Both the position numbers and the translations under genes were made by a program. Shown here in pieces: positions 9,781 through 19,608 of a DNA stretch of 60,956 nt; within the stretch, counting starts at the first letter, position 1; every line of letters begins with the position of its first letter. The stretch comes from Patescibacteria group bacterium (GTDB taxonomy: Bacteria; Patescibacteriota; Patescibacteriia; Patescibacteriales; UBA12465): the NCBI GenBank assembly GCA_028692765.1, contig JAQUWT010000005.1:1-60956 (forward strand), written 5' to 3'. Under the pieces are notes generated by a model. That model worked only from the letters and a program-made list of their open reading frames with translations. It made no database searches and was not told the DNA's origin.

Positions 9781-10209
9781 TTATTCTTCGTAAGTATCCG
9801 CGGCCTCATTCTCTTCATCTTTAGCCTGATTACCGATGATTTTTTTCACTTTTTCCGCGAATTCATAAGTGTCAAAATCATCCTTGATAAAATAATAGTC
9901 GGCCCCCAGTTCTAAACTGCGGTTTTTGCTGTCCTCGTCGCTTAAATCGGTAAAAATAAAAATTGGCAAATCTGACAATTCTTCATCCTCCTTAATTCTC
10001 TTTACAATTTCAAAACCGTCAAGCTTGGGCAAAATTAAATCTAAAATCATATAATCAGGAGAAAAAGACCGAATATTATCCAGCAATTCTTCCAACTCCT
10101 CTTCCCCTTCGCTTGATTCGACGATAAATTCATCGGCGCTGAACTGCGCCTCCAGTCCGTAAAGGATGTTAACGTCATCCTCGAGAATAAAAATTTTTTT
10201 ATCAGCCAT
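9781..10209 (-). CDS. Stand-alone response-regulator receiver domain protein
   Basis: KKIFILEDD acidic pocket and ILDLILPKLDG phospho-acceptor region, with an acidic C-terminal tail and no output domain. The start is set at MADKK; the longest ORF extends to 10230. Confidence 0.7.
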   Translation of the reverse strand: MADKKIFILEDDVNILYGLEAQFSADEFIVESSEGEEELEELLDNIRSFSPDYMILDLILPKLDGFEIVKRIKEDEELSDLPIFIFTDLSDEDSKNRSLELGADYYFIKDDFDTYEFAEKVKKIIGNQAKDEENEAADTYEE

Positions 10210-10254
10210 ATAATTATTTATTAGACTCAAAGACTAAAAGTCATTGAACCGTAT

Positions 10255-11235
10255 TTAATTTTTTGTCTTGGCATTTACAATCGGCCGCCACCAATCCTCG
10301 TGCCGGCGATACCAATCGACGCTGTCAGCCAAACCCTGCTCGAAAGCGATGAGCGGCTCCCATCCCAAGTCCCTTTTCGCCTTGCTAAAATCAATGGCAT
10401 AGCGCAAATCATGTCCAGGACGGTCGGCCACATAGTTAATCATGTCCTCGCCTTGGCCGAAAATAGATAGTAATTTCTTGGTAATCTCCAAATTACTGCG
10501 CTCGCTGTCACCCCCTAAACAATAAGTTTCTCCGATTTTTCCTTGGTGCAAAATTAAATCGACGCCGCGGTTATGATCATCTACATGAATCCAATCACGC
10601 ACATTGCTTCCCTGCCCATAAACTGGCAATTTTTTGCCGTCAATCAAATTGGTAATAAAAAGAGGAATTAATTTTTCCGGATATTGGTAAGGGCCGTAAT
10701 TATTCGAACAATTGGATATAGTCACCGGCAAGGCATGAGTGTGAAAATAAGCTCTCACTAAATGGTCGGAAGCGGCTTTGGAGGCGCTATAGGGAGAACG
10801 CGGGTCATAGGGAGTATTCTCGTTAAAACGGCCGCCGTCAAAAGGTAGGGCGCCAAAAACTTCATCGGTCGAGATATGATGGAACCTGACGCCGCCGTGA
10901 TTTTTGGCCGCGTCCAGCAAGACGCGTGTTCCTTCGACATTGGTGCGGACGAAATCAGCGCTATTTACGATAGAACGGTCGACATGGCTTTCGGCGGCAA
11001 AGTGCACAATCGTATCGACTCTTGCCACCAAGCTATCAACTAAATCGATATCGGTAATATCGCCCCGGACAAAACTATAGGCGCTATTTTTCTCAACATC
11101 GCGCAGATTAGCCAGATTGCCGGCATAACTTAAAACATCCAAATTGATAATTTCATCATCCGGATGATTCTTCAGCCAATAATGAATGAAGTTGGAACCG
11201 ATAAAGCCGGCGCCGCCGGTCACTAATAATTTCAT
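10255..11235 (-). CDS. rfbB: dTDP-glucose 4,6-dehydratase
   Basis: LVTGGAGFIGSNF and YSASKAASDHL (YxxxK) motifs; 326 aa. Confidence 0.9.
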   Translation of the reverse strand: MKLLVTGGAGFIGSNFIHYWLKNHPDDEIINLDVLSYAGNLANLRDVEKNSAYSFVRGDITDIDLVDSLVARVDTIVHFAAESHVDRSIVNSADFVRTNVEGTRVLLDAAKNHGGVRFHHISTDEVFGALPFDGGRFNENTPYDPRSPYSASKAASDHLVRAYFHTHALPVTISNCSNNYGPYQYPEKLIPLFITNLIDGKKLPVYGQGSNVRDWIHVDDHNRGVDLILHQGKIGETYCLGGDSERSNLEITKKLLSIFGQGEDMINYVADRPGHDLRYAIDFSKAKRDLGWEPLIAFEQGLADSVDWYRRHEDWWRPIVNAKTKN

Positions 11236-11238
11236 AGA

Positions 11239-11634
11239 CTAAGATTTTAATTGAGCACAAATTGCCTCCGCTTCCCCGGGAGCGTAAGCTTCCTTACGCC
11301 ACAAAGGCAAATTATCGCCGGCAATACGGGGGATAACATGAAAATGCAAATGAGGAATCTCCTGGCCGGCGACCGGGTCATTATTTTCAGAAACGTTGTA
11401 ACCGGCATAAGCCAGCTTTTCCTTCAACATTAAGCCGCATTTTTTTACCGCTGTAATCAAAGATTGTAATTCTTCCTCAGGAATCTCTTCCAAATTAGCA
11501 TAATGCCGCTTGGGAATAACTAAAATATGGCCCTTATGTACGGGCGCAATATCAAGGAAAGCTAAAACTCGGCCGTCTTCATAAACTTGGAAAGACGGAA
11601 CTTCTCCGGATACTATTTTACAGAAAAGACACAT
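11239..11634 (-). CDS. HIT-family nucleotide hydrolase/transferase
   Basis: Histidine-triad motif HLHFHVIP and an N-terminal CLFCKI zinc-binding motif; 131 aa. Confidence 0.85.
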   Translation of the reverse strand: MCLFCKIVSGEVPSFQVYEDGRVLAFLDIAPVHKGHILVIPKRHYANLEEIPEEELQSLITAVKKCGLMLKEKLAYAGYNVSENNDPVAGQEIPHLHFHVIPRIAGDNLPLWRKEAYAPGEAEAICAQLKS

Positions 11635-11638
11635 AATT

Positions 11639-12091
11639 CTAATTTATTTTATAGGGGCTCTCGGGATTCTGTTCCCAGCGGATTTCGTCGATTTCATCTT
11701 GTTTTAAAACGCCTTTATAAAGTTTATCCGGCAAATTAATCGAAAGCGCGGGCACCTCGGAAATGCATTGATAGCCATGGACTACTCCCGGCGGCACCAG
11801 AACGGAACAGGGATTATCCTCGCCCACTTCAATTTCCATTTTTTCGCCTTTGGTGGCCGAATCGGTGCGGCGGTCCCAAAGATGCAAACGAAATCTTCCC
11901 GGACCGATAAAAACAAAGAAATCGCTCTGATAGACATGTTCATGGGGGCCGCGAACTACGCCGGGCAAAGTCAAGCTAACATAAGACATCGCCGGAGCGG
12001 AATCGCTCTCGTCGCGACGATATATCTCCATCAGCCAGCCGCGGTCATCGCTAAATTTTTTTATTTCCTTAATAATCACTCCTTTAATCAT
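11639..12091 (-). CDS. rfbC: Cupin-fold sugar-nucleotide epimerase, dTDP-4-dehydrorhamnose 3,5-epimerase-like (short form)
   Basis: 150 aa with DDRGWLMEIYR and RGPHEH..Q.DFF motifs, resembling RmlC. It is shorter than classical RmlC. Confidence 0.6.
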   Translation of the reverse strand: MIKGVIIKEIKKFSDDRGWLMEIYRRDESDSAPAMSYVSLTLPGVVRGPHEHVYQSDFFVFIGPGRFRLHLWDRRTDSATKGEKMEIEVGEDNPCSVLVPPGVVHGYQCISEVPALSINLPDKLYKGVLKQDEIDEIRWEQNPESPYKIN

Positions 12092-12126
12092 ATATTTAAA
12101 ATAATAAATGGGTTCAAACTAAAAGT

Positions 12127-13110
12127 CTATTTTACTTTGCGCAAATCCAACAATCCGTTTTGCGCGCCAAAATTGGCTATTTTGGCAGCGGTATTTTTTG
12201 CTCCCAGATATAAAGCGCGCCTAATATCGCCGCCGCTCAATTCTAAGCCGGCAACGAAAGACGAGTTAAAGACATCGCCGACGCCGGTAATATCAACCCT
12301 CTTCTTCTCCGGCAAAACCGCTTGATGATAAAAAGTGTGGCCATCATAGACATCCGCCCCATCTTGACCGCCGGTAATCAGCACGATTTCCGGACCGGCC
12401 GCTTTCAAAGCGACTAAGAGATTCTTGACGCTGTTTAAAAAAGCCGGACTCTGTCCACGATAGCGGGAATCGCTCAGCACCAATTCAATCGCCTCATCCT
12501 TGTTAAGACAGAAAACTGCCGTTCTCTTGAGAAAAGAAGCTATTTTTTTCAAACCCGCTTGATACTGGGAAGCTCCGGGATTCCAAGCGATTTTCGGATG
12601 AGAAAGAGAAAAAATTTTCTTGGCCGCCGGCAGCCAATCGCCGGACAAGGAAGCGAGATAGAGCCAATCAGCCTGATTTAAAATCTTTTCTTCCTGCCTC
12701 CTTATCCGCAAATCATTATTGGCGGCTCGACTGGTAAAAATTATCCGCTCACCCCCGGGAGCCACAAGAATAAAAGACATCCCGGTTTCCAGTTTCTTGT
12801 CTGCAGACAGCAAAGAAGTAGCGACGCCATGCTGGCGCAGGTTCGCCACAATCGCCCGGCCGCCCTCGTCTTTACCCACTCGGGCTAAGCAAGCGGTTTT
12901 AAATCCGGAAACGGCAAAATTGACAGCTGCATTAGCAGCGCCGCCGCCGAACAAATTATGAAAGCGATCAATTTTTATTTTCGCCCCGTATTCAAAAGCT
13001 AACAGTTTCTGCCGTAACACATCGCGGTGATTGTCAATCAAAATCCCCTCATCGGTTAAAAAAGTGATGTCGCGAGTCGCCCCGCCGACAGTAATGATTT
13101 GATATTTCAT
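12127..13110 (-). CDS. PfkB-family carbohydrate kinase
   Basis: GGGAANAAV N-terminal motif and C-terminal DITGVGDVFNSSF (DTxGAGD-like) motif; 327 aa. Confidence 0.8.
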   Translation of the reverse strand: MKYQIITVGGATRDITFLTDEGILIDNHRDVLRQKLLAFEYGAKIKIDRFHNLFGGGAANAAVNFAVSGFKTACLARVGKDEGGRAIVANLRQHGVATSLLSADKKLETGMSFILVAPGGERIIFTSRAANNDLRIRRQEEKILNQADWLYLASLSGDWLPAAKKIFSLSHPKIAWNPGASQYQAGLKKIASFLKRTAVFCLNKDEAIELVLSDSRYRGQSPAFLNSVKNLLVALKAAGPEIVLITGGQDGADVYDGHTFYHQAVLPEKKRVDITGVGDVFNSSFVAGLELSGGDIRRALYLGAKNTAAKIANFGAQNGLLDLRKVK

Positions 13111-13141
13111 AAAATAAAACTTGATTCTATCATAACACGAA

Positions 13142-13681
13142 TCAATGTCTTTTCAAAAAAAACGGTTTCAGCCGCCGACCGGCCAAAGCAAGCAAATTAA
13201 AAAACAAACCGACCAAGACAAGGCTGATAAGAATGGTAGCGGCTAAATCTTTCCAAAAATAATCCGACAGCAAGAACAGTTTGCCGGCTGATTCCGACCA
13301 ACCGAAAATCAGCAGCAAAAAATTATAACTTAACGCCTCGACCACCACGGCGATGAGCGTAAGCAATAAAAAAGCATAGAGCGAACGGTTGGTCAGCCAA
13401 TTTTCTAACACTAAATAAACGACAGCGGCGCTAGAGAGTAAAGACAATAAAGCGACGCCGAAAGGATGAAAGCCTAAAACGTCCAAAAACCAACCGGAGG
13501 CCAAAGCCAAAAACCAAACTTGATCCCTGTTGAAAATCAAAAAGGCGGAAATAATAGCCGCGATTACCAAATTTACATTATTCCAGGGCGACGACCAGGC
13601 GCTTACCAAGGAAAATTGAATGATGGCCAAAAAACCGGAAAATATAAAGAGGGCAATATATGTCAAAATCTTCCGTGTCAT
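13142..13681 (-). CDS. mreD: Rod-shape protein MreD-like polytopic membrane protein
   Basis: 179 aa with 5-6 TM segments, immediately downstream of mreC (3-nt gap). It ends in TGA. Confidence 0.6.
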   Translation of the reverse strand: MTRKILTYIALFIFSGFLAIIQFSLVSAWSSPWNNVNLVIAAIISAFLIFNRDQVWFLALASGWFLDVLGFHPFGVALLSLLSSAAVVYLVLENWLTNRSLYAFLLLTLIAVVVEALSYNFLLLIFGWSESAGKLFLLSDYFWKDLAATILISLVLVGLFFNLLALAGRRLKPFFLKRH

Positions 13682-13684
13682 AAA

Positions 13685-14497
13685 TCAAGGCAAAATAACC
13701 GAAACTATAGTCAAACTACGCAAAGAGGAAAGAGGTTCGATAGTAACATCTTGCCAAATCTCATTGCTCTGCTTATTGACTTGGGCAACGCGACCGATGA
13801 CTAGACCGCGGGGGATATCGCCACCCAGGCCGGAAGTGATGATAATATCGCCCTGACTGATATCCTCAAGCTGAGGAATATAATTCATTTTAATAGTTAG
13901 GCCCAATTCTCCTTCAGCCAAACCGATAGTCTTAGCGCTATTGATAATCGCCGCCGGCAATTGGCAATCAGTGCCGGTAGTTAAGCAAGCGCGAGCGCTA
14001 TGATCTTTTACCTCAACTATTTTTCCGATAATCACACCGCTCTCGTCAATGACGCCCAAACCAGGACGCAAACCTTCAGAAGACCCTTTATCCAAAACTA
14101 TATCCTGGGCATCTTCGGCCGATTCAAATAGATTCTGCCGGGAAACAATATTAGCGCTTAAGACCCGATAATCATTAGCGTTGACAAAGTCTAGCTGCAT
14201 TCTCAATTTTTTGTTCTCCTCCTCTAAAAGCTGAAGCTTGGCCTGATCAACAATAGCGGCCGCCAAATCGGCTTTTGCTCTATCAAGCTGCTCTAATAAA
14301 ACGGAAGTATCGGCAGCGGACTCTGGCCGTCCGCGCGACCATTCCCCCACTCTTTGCAAACCGGCGGCAAAAGGCTTGATTGCTAAAAACAAATAATTTT
14401 CCAAAGGGCGGGTCAAGCCGGAAAAATGTAAAATAAAAATCATGGCTAAAGCAGCCAGCCAATACCAGACTTTTCTTGATTTCCAAAATAAACGCAT
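13685..14497 (-). CDS. mreC: Rod-shape protein MreC
   Basis: N-terminal TM segment, a coiled coil (LLEEENKKLRMQLD) and a beta-rich C-terminal part with GDIIITSGLGGDIPRGLVIG. It lies between mreB and mreD and ends in TGA. Confidence 0.8.
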   Translation of the reverse strand: MRLFWKSRKVWYWLAALAMIFILHFSGLTRPLENYLFLAIKPFAAGLQRVGEWSRGRPESAADTSVLLEQLDRAKADLAAAIVDQAKLQLLEEENKKLRMQLDFVNANDYRVLSANIVSRQNLFESAEDAQDIVLDKGSSEGLRPGLGVIDESGVIIGKIVEVKDHSARACLTTGTDCQLPAAIINSAKTIGLAEGELGLTIKMNYIPQLEDISQGDIIITSGLGGDIPRGLVIGRVAQVNKQSNEIWQDVTIEPLSSLRSLTIVSVILP

Positions 14498-14504
14498 AAC
14501 TCAG

Positions 14505-15551
14505 CTATTTATCCAGAGAAACATTGCCTAAAGTGACTTTAGCCAGCAACTCGGCATCGCTGATTAAGATACCGGCGCCGCGCACGACGCAAGTAAGGGG
14601 GTCGTCGACTATTTTTACCGGAATCTTGGCGGCTAAAGAAATGGCTTGATCTAAACCGCGCAACAAAGCGCCGCCTCCGGAAAGATAGACGCCGCGCTCA
14701 TAAATATCAGAAACCAGTTCCGGCGGAGTTGTCTCTAAAATAGTCTTGATATTTTCGATAATCTTGCTAACAGTGCGACCGATTGCCTCACGAATCTGTT
14801 TATCGTTAACAATAATGGCTTTGGGCAAACCGTTAATCAAATCTCTTCCCCGCACTTCCATTTCTTGCGATTCGCCGCCGGCGATGGCGGAACCAATCTT
14901 AATTTTAATTTCTTCCGCTAATTGCTCGCCGATGAGAATATTAAATTCCTCGCGGATATATTCGATAATATTGTTGTCAAATTCATTGCCGGCCAGGCGC
15001 AGAGATTTCCAAGTGACGACGCCGCCTAAAGAAATGACGGCAATTTCCGTGCTGCCGCCGCCGATATCGACCACCATTGTGGCCGTCGCTTCCGTCACCG
15101 GCAAATGGGCGCCCACGGCCGAAGCCATTGCTTCTTCCACTAAATAAACTTTACGCGCGCCGGCAGATTTGGCCGCGTCTTCGACCGCCTTTTTTTCCAC
15201 TTCGGTCAAATCTAAAGGAATGCCGATAACGACTCGAGGACGAGGAAAGAGGGCAAAATGCTCCCGGTGGACTTTACCGATAAAATACTTGAGCATTTTT
15301 TCCGTGACTTCAAAATCAGAAATAACGCCGTCAACCAAGGGCTTAACCGCTTCGATATGGGCCGGAGTCTTGCCTACCATTTTTTTAGCCGCCTCGCCCA
15401 CTTCCAAAATTTCATTGGTGCGCTTGTTGATGGCCACCACCGAGGGCTCGTTAATAATCAAGCCTTTCTCGCTCATCACCACCAAAGTGTTCTTCGTGCC
15501 CAAATCAATGCCGAGGTCATGGCTGAATTTTCCGATAAGTTTATTAAACAT
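14505..15551 (-). CDS. mreB: Actin-like rod-shape protein MreB
   Basis: GIDLGTKNT and DIGGGSTEIAV motifs; 348 aa; heads the mreBCD cluster. Confidence 0.92.
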   Translation of the reverse strand: MFNKLIGKFSHDLGIDLGTKNTLVVMSEKGLIINEPSVVAINKRTNEILEVGEAAKKMVGKTPAHIEAVKPLVDGVISDFEVTEKMLKYFIGKVHREHFALFPRPRVVIGIPLDLTEVEKKAVEDAAKSAGARKVYLVEEAMASAVGAHLPVTEATATMVVDIGGGSTEIAVISLGGVVTWKSLRLAGNEFDNNIIEYIREEFNILIGEQLAEEIKIKIGSAIAGGESQEMEVRGRDLINGLPKAIIVNDKQIREAIGRTVSKIIENIKTILETTPPELVSDIYERGVYLSGGGALLRGLDQAISLAAKIPVKIVDDPLTCVVRGAGILISDAELLAKVTLGNVSLDK

Positions 15552-15561
15552 AGTTTAAGTA

Positions 15562-17007
15562 TTAATAACATTTGGCAAACAGCCAATCATGTTTAGCCGG
15601 CTTGCCGCTGATAAAGCATTTATCATTCTTCGGGGCCTCCGTTTCTTTGCCGGCAAGTAAGACGCGGGAAACTAAGCCGTATTTTTCTTTCAGCTGTCTT
15701 TCGGTTTCAGGGTCTTCACTCCAGCTGGCTTCAAACCAGCCGCTTTCCTCGCCGATTTCATCCCAGTTTTCAATCCGGCGGATATTTTTTTCAGAAAAAG
15801 CCAAAGCTTGATTATATAAATTAGCGTGTATCTCCGCCATTAATTTTTCTAAACGGCCAGGCAATTCAAGCAAAGCGATATCTTCCTTGGAATCATTGTC
15901 GCGCCGAAAAATCGTGACCGTGCCGTTATCGGCTTCACGGGAACCGATTTCCAAGCGTACCGGCACTCCCCGCACCTCCCAGTAGTTGAACTTGAAACCG
16001 GGCGTCTGCGCATCGCGCAAATCGGTCTTGACCCGATATTTATCTTTAAGGCTATCATTTAACTGCCGGCAATATTGCAACACTTTATCTCGAGAGGAAT
16101 CATCTTTATATATAGGCACGATGACCACTTGTATAGGCGCGATATTTGGCGGCAGACGCAAACCGTTATCATCGCCGTGGACCATCACTACTGCTCCGAC
16201 CGAACGCCAAGACAGGCCCCAGCTATTTTGATGGCCCCAATGGGACTCGCCGTCGGCGCCAAGATATTTAACATCAAAGACTTCGGCAAAATTCGTGCCC
16301 AAATAATGGCTGGTGGCTCCTTGAATGGCTTTTCCGTCTTTCGCCATAACCTCGGCGGTCAGAGTCATAACGGCGCCGGCGAATTTTTCGCTCTCCGACT
16401 TGCGGCCGGCAAAAGTGGGGATAGCCAAAAAATTATAAAGTGATTGATAAATATCCAGCATTTTCTTGACCTCTTCCCTGGCTTCTTCTTCCGTGGCAAA
16501 AACAGTATGCCCTTCCTGCCATAAAAACTCGCTCCAGCGCAAAAAAGCACGCGGCCGCTTCTCCCAGCGGACGACATTAGCCCATTGATTCAAGCGCAAA
16601 GGCAAATCTTTATAACTCTGTATCCATTTGGCATAAGTCTTGTACATCGCCGCTTCGCTGGTGGGACGGATAGCCAATTTATTGACCAGCTCTTCCCCGC
16701 CGGCGTGGGTAACCACCGCCAATTCGGGAGAGAAGCCCTCAACATGATCTTTTTCCGCCTCCAAATTTTCTAAAGGGACAAAAATGGGGAAATAAACATT
16801 CTCGACGCCGTCAGCTTCTAACTGGCGGCTCAATTCCGCTTTAATCAGCTCCCAGATTTTCAGGCCATAGGGCCTGACAACACCGCAGCCTCTCACCTCG
16901 GATGCTTCCGCCAATTCCGCTTCTCTGACAACATCCTGATACCAGGCCGGAAAATCGACCGCTTGTTTAGTAATTGTTTTCTTTTCATTTTTACCCATAT
17001 AATTCAA
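15562..17007 (-). CDS. proS: Prolyl-tRNA synthetase, archaeal/eukaryotic-type architecture
   Basis: 481 aa class II aaRS with no bacterial INS editing insertion. The C-terminal Zn-type domain ends in a terminal Tyr (..FAKCY). Confidence 0.9.
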   Translation of the reverse strand: MNYMGKNEKKTITKQAVDFPAWYQDVVREAELAEASEVRGCGVVRPYGLKIWELIKAELSRQLEADGVENVYFPIFVPLENLEAEKDHVEGFSPELAVVTHAGGEELVNKLAIRPTSEAAMYKTYAKWIQSYKDLPLRLNQWANVVRWEKRPRAFLRWSEFLWQEGHTVFATEEEAREEVKKMLDIYQSLYNFLAIPTFAGRKSESEKFAGAVMTLTAEVMAKDGKAIQGATSHYLGTNFAEVFDVKYLGADGESHWGHQNSWGLSWRSVGAVVMVHGDDNGLRLPPNIAPIQVVIVPIYKDDSSRDKVLQYCRQLNDSLKDKYRVKTDLRDAQTPGFKFNYWEVRGVPVRLEIGSREADNGTVTIFRRDNDSKEDIALLELPGRLEKLMAEIHANLYNQALAFSEKNIRRIENWDEIGEESGWFEASWSEDPETERQLKEKYGLVSRVLLAGKETEAPKNDKCFISGKPAKHDWLFAKCY

Positions 17008-17027
17008 TTCATTTAAACATTAATCAA

Positions 17028-17612
17028 CTATGATTTTCTGGCTAATTTCTTCAAAGCCGCTTTAACGCGCTCACCGCTGTCATTAAGGGCCTCATCCAAG
17101 CCGTTTAAGGCCGCACGCGCGTCTGCCAAAGAATAGCCGAGACTCATTAAAGCATCTAGTTCGTCGCCCAGACCAGCCGGTAAATCGGCGGTAAGAGAAG
17201 CCCCATCCAGGCTTTTCCCGATTTTATTCTTCAACTCCAAAACTAAGCGTTCGGCCGTCTTTTTACCGATACCGGATACTTTAGTCAATAAAGCGGCGTC
17301 GCCTCTGACAACTGCCTCGCGCACGTCATCGGGACTAGCAATGGCTAGAACGCCTAAAGCCGATTTCGGCCCGACACCGGAAACGGAGAGCAATAAAGAA
17401 AAAAGATTTAACTCATTAAGAGACCGGAAACCATACAAGTCGGAAGCATCTTCTCTCACTTGGTGAGAAATATACAATTCACTCTCTTCCCCTGTTTTCA
17501 GAGATGACAAAAAAACTTCGCCGACAAAAACTTGGTAGCCGACATTATTTACTTCTAATATTAGATAATTGTTGCTTTTAGCCAAAATTCGACCCTTAAG
17601 ATAGGCGAGCAT
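17028..17612 (-). CDS. ruvA: Holliday junction DNA helicase subunit RuvA
   Basis: MLAYLKGR start, two HhH motifs (GVGPKSALGVL, GIGKKTAERL) and a C-terminal domain III. Confidence 0.92.
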   Translation of the reverse strand: MLAYLKGRILAKSNNYLILEVNNVGYQVFVGEVFLSSLKTGEESELYISHQVREDASDLYGFRSLNELNLFSLLLSVSGVGPKSALGVLAIASPDDVREAVVRGDAALLTKVSGIGKKTAERLVLELKNKIGKSLDGASLTADLPAGLGDELDALMSLGYSLADARAALNGLDEALNDSGERVKAALKKLARKS

Positions 17613-17687
17613 ATACTTTTAGTATAATATATCTGCTAATTTAATTAAATCTTGACAGAAATACATGATAATGATTAAGAACTTGCT

Positions 17688-17711
17688 AAAAGCTCCGCCT
17701 AGAGGCGGAGC
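17688..17711 (-). terminator. Rho-independent terminator after the NIF3-like gene
   Basis: On the minus strand, GCTCCGCC-TCTA-GGCGGAGC is followed by TTTT. Confidence 0.65.
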
Positions 17712-17716
17712 TATGA

Positions 17717-18667
17717 TTAAAAACGCTTTATCCTAATCAGTCCGGAAATGGGAATAATTTCAATTCCCTGTTTCTCGATTTCATCAAGGAGAAGATTCAT
17801 GCCCAAAGAATCAGAGGACATATGGCCGGCAATAATGACATTGATATGATATTTTTCTGCTTCCTTGCGATGTTCTTCTTCCATGTGCATGCCAATAATT
17901 GTGCCGATGCCATACTGCGCCATCTTCTCGTAGATATCTTTGGAGCCGGAAGTACCGCCGGTGAATTCGGTCACTACTACCTTGCCCAGACTGCGTTCAG
18001 GCGCTCCCGCAAAAATTTTTGGTCCGGCCTTTAATTTTTCCGCGGCGGCATACTCGGGGATAGTCTTTAAAAAATCTACCAATTCGCTGACTGTTTCCAA
18101 TTCGGCACCCTTATCTTCAATCGCTTTAATCACGAATTGAGCGGACATATTATCGGCCGGCGTGTGCAAACACATAAAATCAAGGCCAAGCAAGCGTGAC
18201 ATATCAATCACCCGTTCATGATTAATCGGACTAAGACCGCGGGTCACTTCGGAAATTCGCGACTGGATAACCGACTCCGCTATATTAATCGGGACGCCGT
18301 ATTTAGCCAGCACTTGAGCCTGCAAATGCATGACGGTTGATAAGTCAGCCAAAGCTACGCCGTGAGGATGATGGGCAATAACTAAATCAATATCTCCTTG
18401 TTGCTTGGCGTATAATAATTCCGCGCCCTCAATATCAATACCGGCTAAAATTTTCTTCACCGGTTTATCGCCATTAGAAAATAAAATCCGAGAATCAGAA
18501 TAGGGATTGCTTAAAGATTCTAAATCAAAGCCAGCTTTTTCTTTATCATTCATTTCTTCATATTTCTTTTTTGCTTTAATCAATGATTGGCGCACATAAT
18601 CTTCTCCCCGTAAATCGTGCTTAATGCCTTCATTGATAGCCAATTGATATATTTCTTGCGTAGTCAT
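17717..18667 (-). CDS. NIF3/DUF34-family dinuclear metal-centre protein
   Basis: DLVIAHHPHG and C-terminal NVIIAGHMSSDSLG motifs match the two conserved NIF3 metal-binding regions; 316 aa. Confidence 0.6.
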   Translation of the reverse strand: MTTQEIYQLAINEGIKHDLRGEDYVRQSLIKAKKKYEEMNDKEKAGFDLESLSNPYSDSRILFSNGDKPVKKILAGIDIEGAELLYAKQQGDIDLVIAHHPHGVALADLSTVMHLQAQVLAKYGVPINIAESVIQSRISEVTRGLSPINHERVIDMSRLLGLDFMCLHTPADNMSAQFVIKAIEDKGAELETVSELVDFLKTIPEYAAAEKLKAGPKIFAGAPERSLGKVVVTEFTGGTSGSKDIYEKMAQYGIGTIIGMHMEEEHRKEAEKYHINVIIAGHMSSDSLGMNLLLDEIEKQGIEIIPISGLIRIKRF

Positions 18668-18679
18668 AAATTTGATAAA

Positions 18680-19591
18680 TTAATTTCCTCTTAACTTGGC
18701 AATCCGCTCGGCCACCGGCGGATGCGTCATCCACATTTTTGCAAACCAGGAAACTTGATTTTTTTCCTCCTTGCCTTTAAAGGGGGAGACGATATACATA
18801 TGGGCGGTCGCCCGATTGGCGGCTTCCAGCGGTTCGCGGTCAGCGCTGATTTTTTCTAAAGCCCTGGCCAAGCCTTCCGGATAACGGGTTAAAAGAGCGG
18901 CATCGGCATCGGCGGCAAATTCCCGCTTTCTAGATACCGCTAACTGCAAAAGCTGGGCGAAAATGGGTGCGAGAATGGAAAAAATAATTGCCAGTACCAG
19001 CATGATTACTCCCAGCTGATTATTATTGTTGTCGTCATTACTGCGGCGTCCGCCAAAGAATGACCAGCGCCGGAACCAATCAGCCAGCAAAACTACAATA
19101 CCGACAAGCACGGTGGCGATGGTGGAAATAAGGATATCGCGATTGCCGATATGGGATAATTCGTGGGCGATAACGCCTTCCAGTTCCGTTTTTTCCAATT
19201 TTCCCAAGATACCGCTGGTAAGGGCAATAGCGGCGTGCTGCGGATCACGGCCGGTGGCAAAGGCATTGGGGGCGCTGTCTTCAATAATATAAATCTTGGG
19301 CAAAGGCAGGCCGGCGGTGATACAAAGATTCTCTACCAAGCGATAAAGTTCGCGGCCGTTATTTTTATCCACTTCTTTAGCACCCGACATCGATAAAACA
19401 ATCTTGTCGCTATACCAATAGCTGATAAAATTCAGCAGGATGCTAAAAATAACGGCGGCCGGTAAAATTCCGGGAGCCTCCATAGCTTGGGCGAATATAT
19501 AGCCGACCAAAATAATAAAGATGAAAAACCCGGTCATCAAGAACCAGGTTTTTCTTTTATTAACGGCGCTGTAATTATACAGATTGAACAT
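18680..19591 (-). CDS. htpX: M48 membrane zinc protease HtpX
   Basis: HELSHIGNRD (HExxH) between TM segments, and a downstream EFAADADAA glutamate motif. Confidence 0.9.
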   Translation of the reverse strand: MFNLYNYSAVNKRKTWFLMTGFFIFIILVGYIFAQAMEAPGILPAAVIFSILLNFISYWYSDKIVLSMSGAKEVDKNNGRELYRLVENLCITAGLPLPKIYIIEDSAPNAFATGRDPQHAAIALTSGILGKLEKTELEGVIAHELSHIGNRDILISTIATVLVGIVVLLADWFRRWSFFGGRRSNDDNNNNQLGVIMLVLAIIFSILAPIFAQLLQLAVSRKREFAADADAALLTRYPEGLARALEKISADREPLEAANRATAHMYIVSPFKGKEEKNQVSWFAKMWMTHPPVAERIAKLRGN

Positions 19592-19608
19592 ACGACAAAT
19601 AATACGTC

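Noticed and set aside
17651-17656. Perfect TTGACA hexamer on the plus strand in the ruvA/NIF3 spacer
   Set aside because: No properly spaced -10 follows it, and there is no plus-strand gene downstream. It is probably a chance match.
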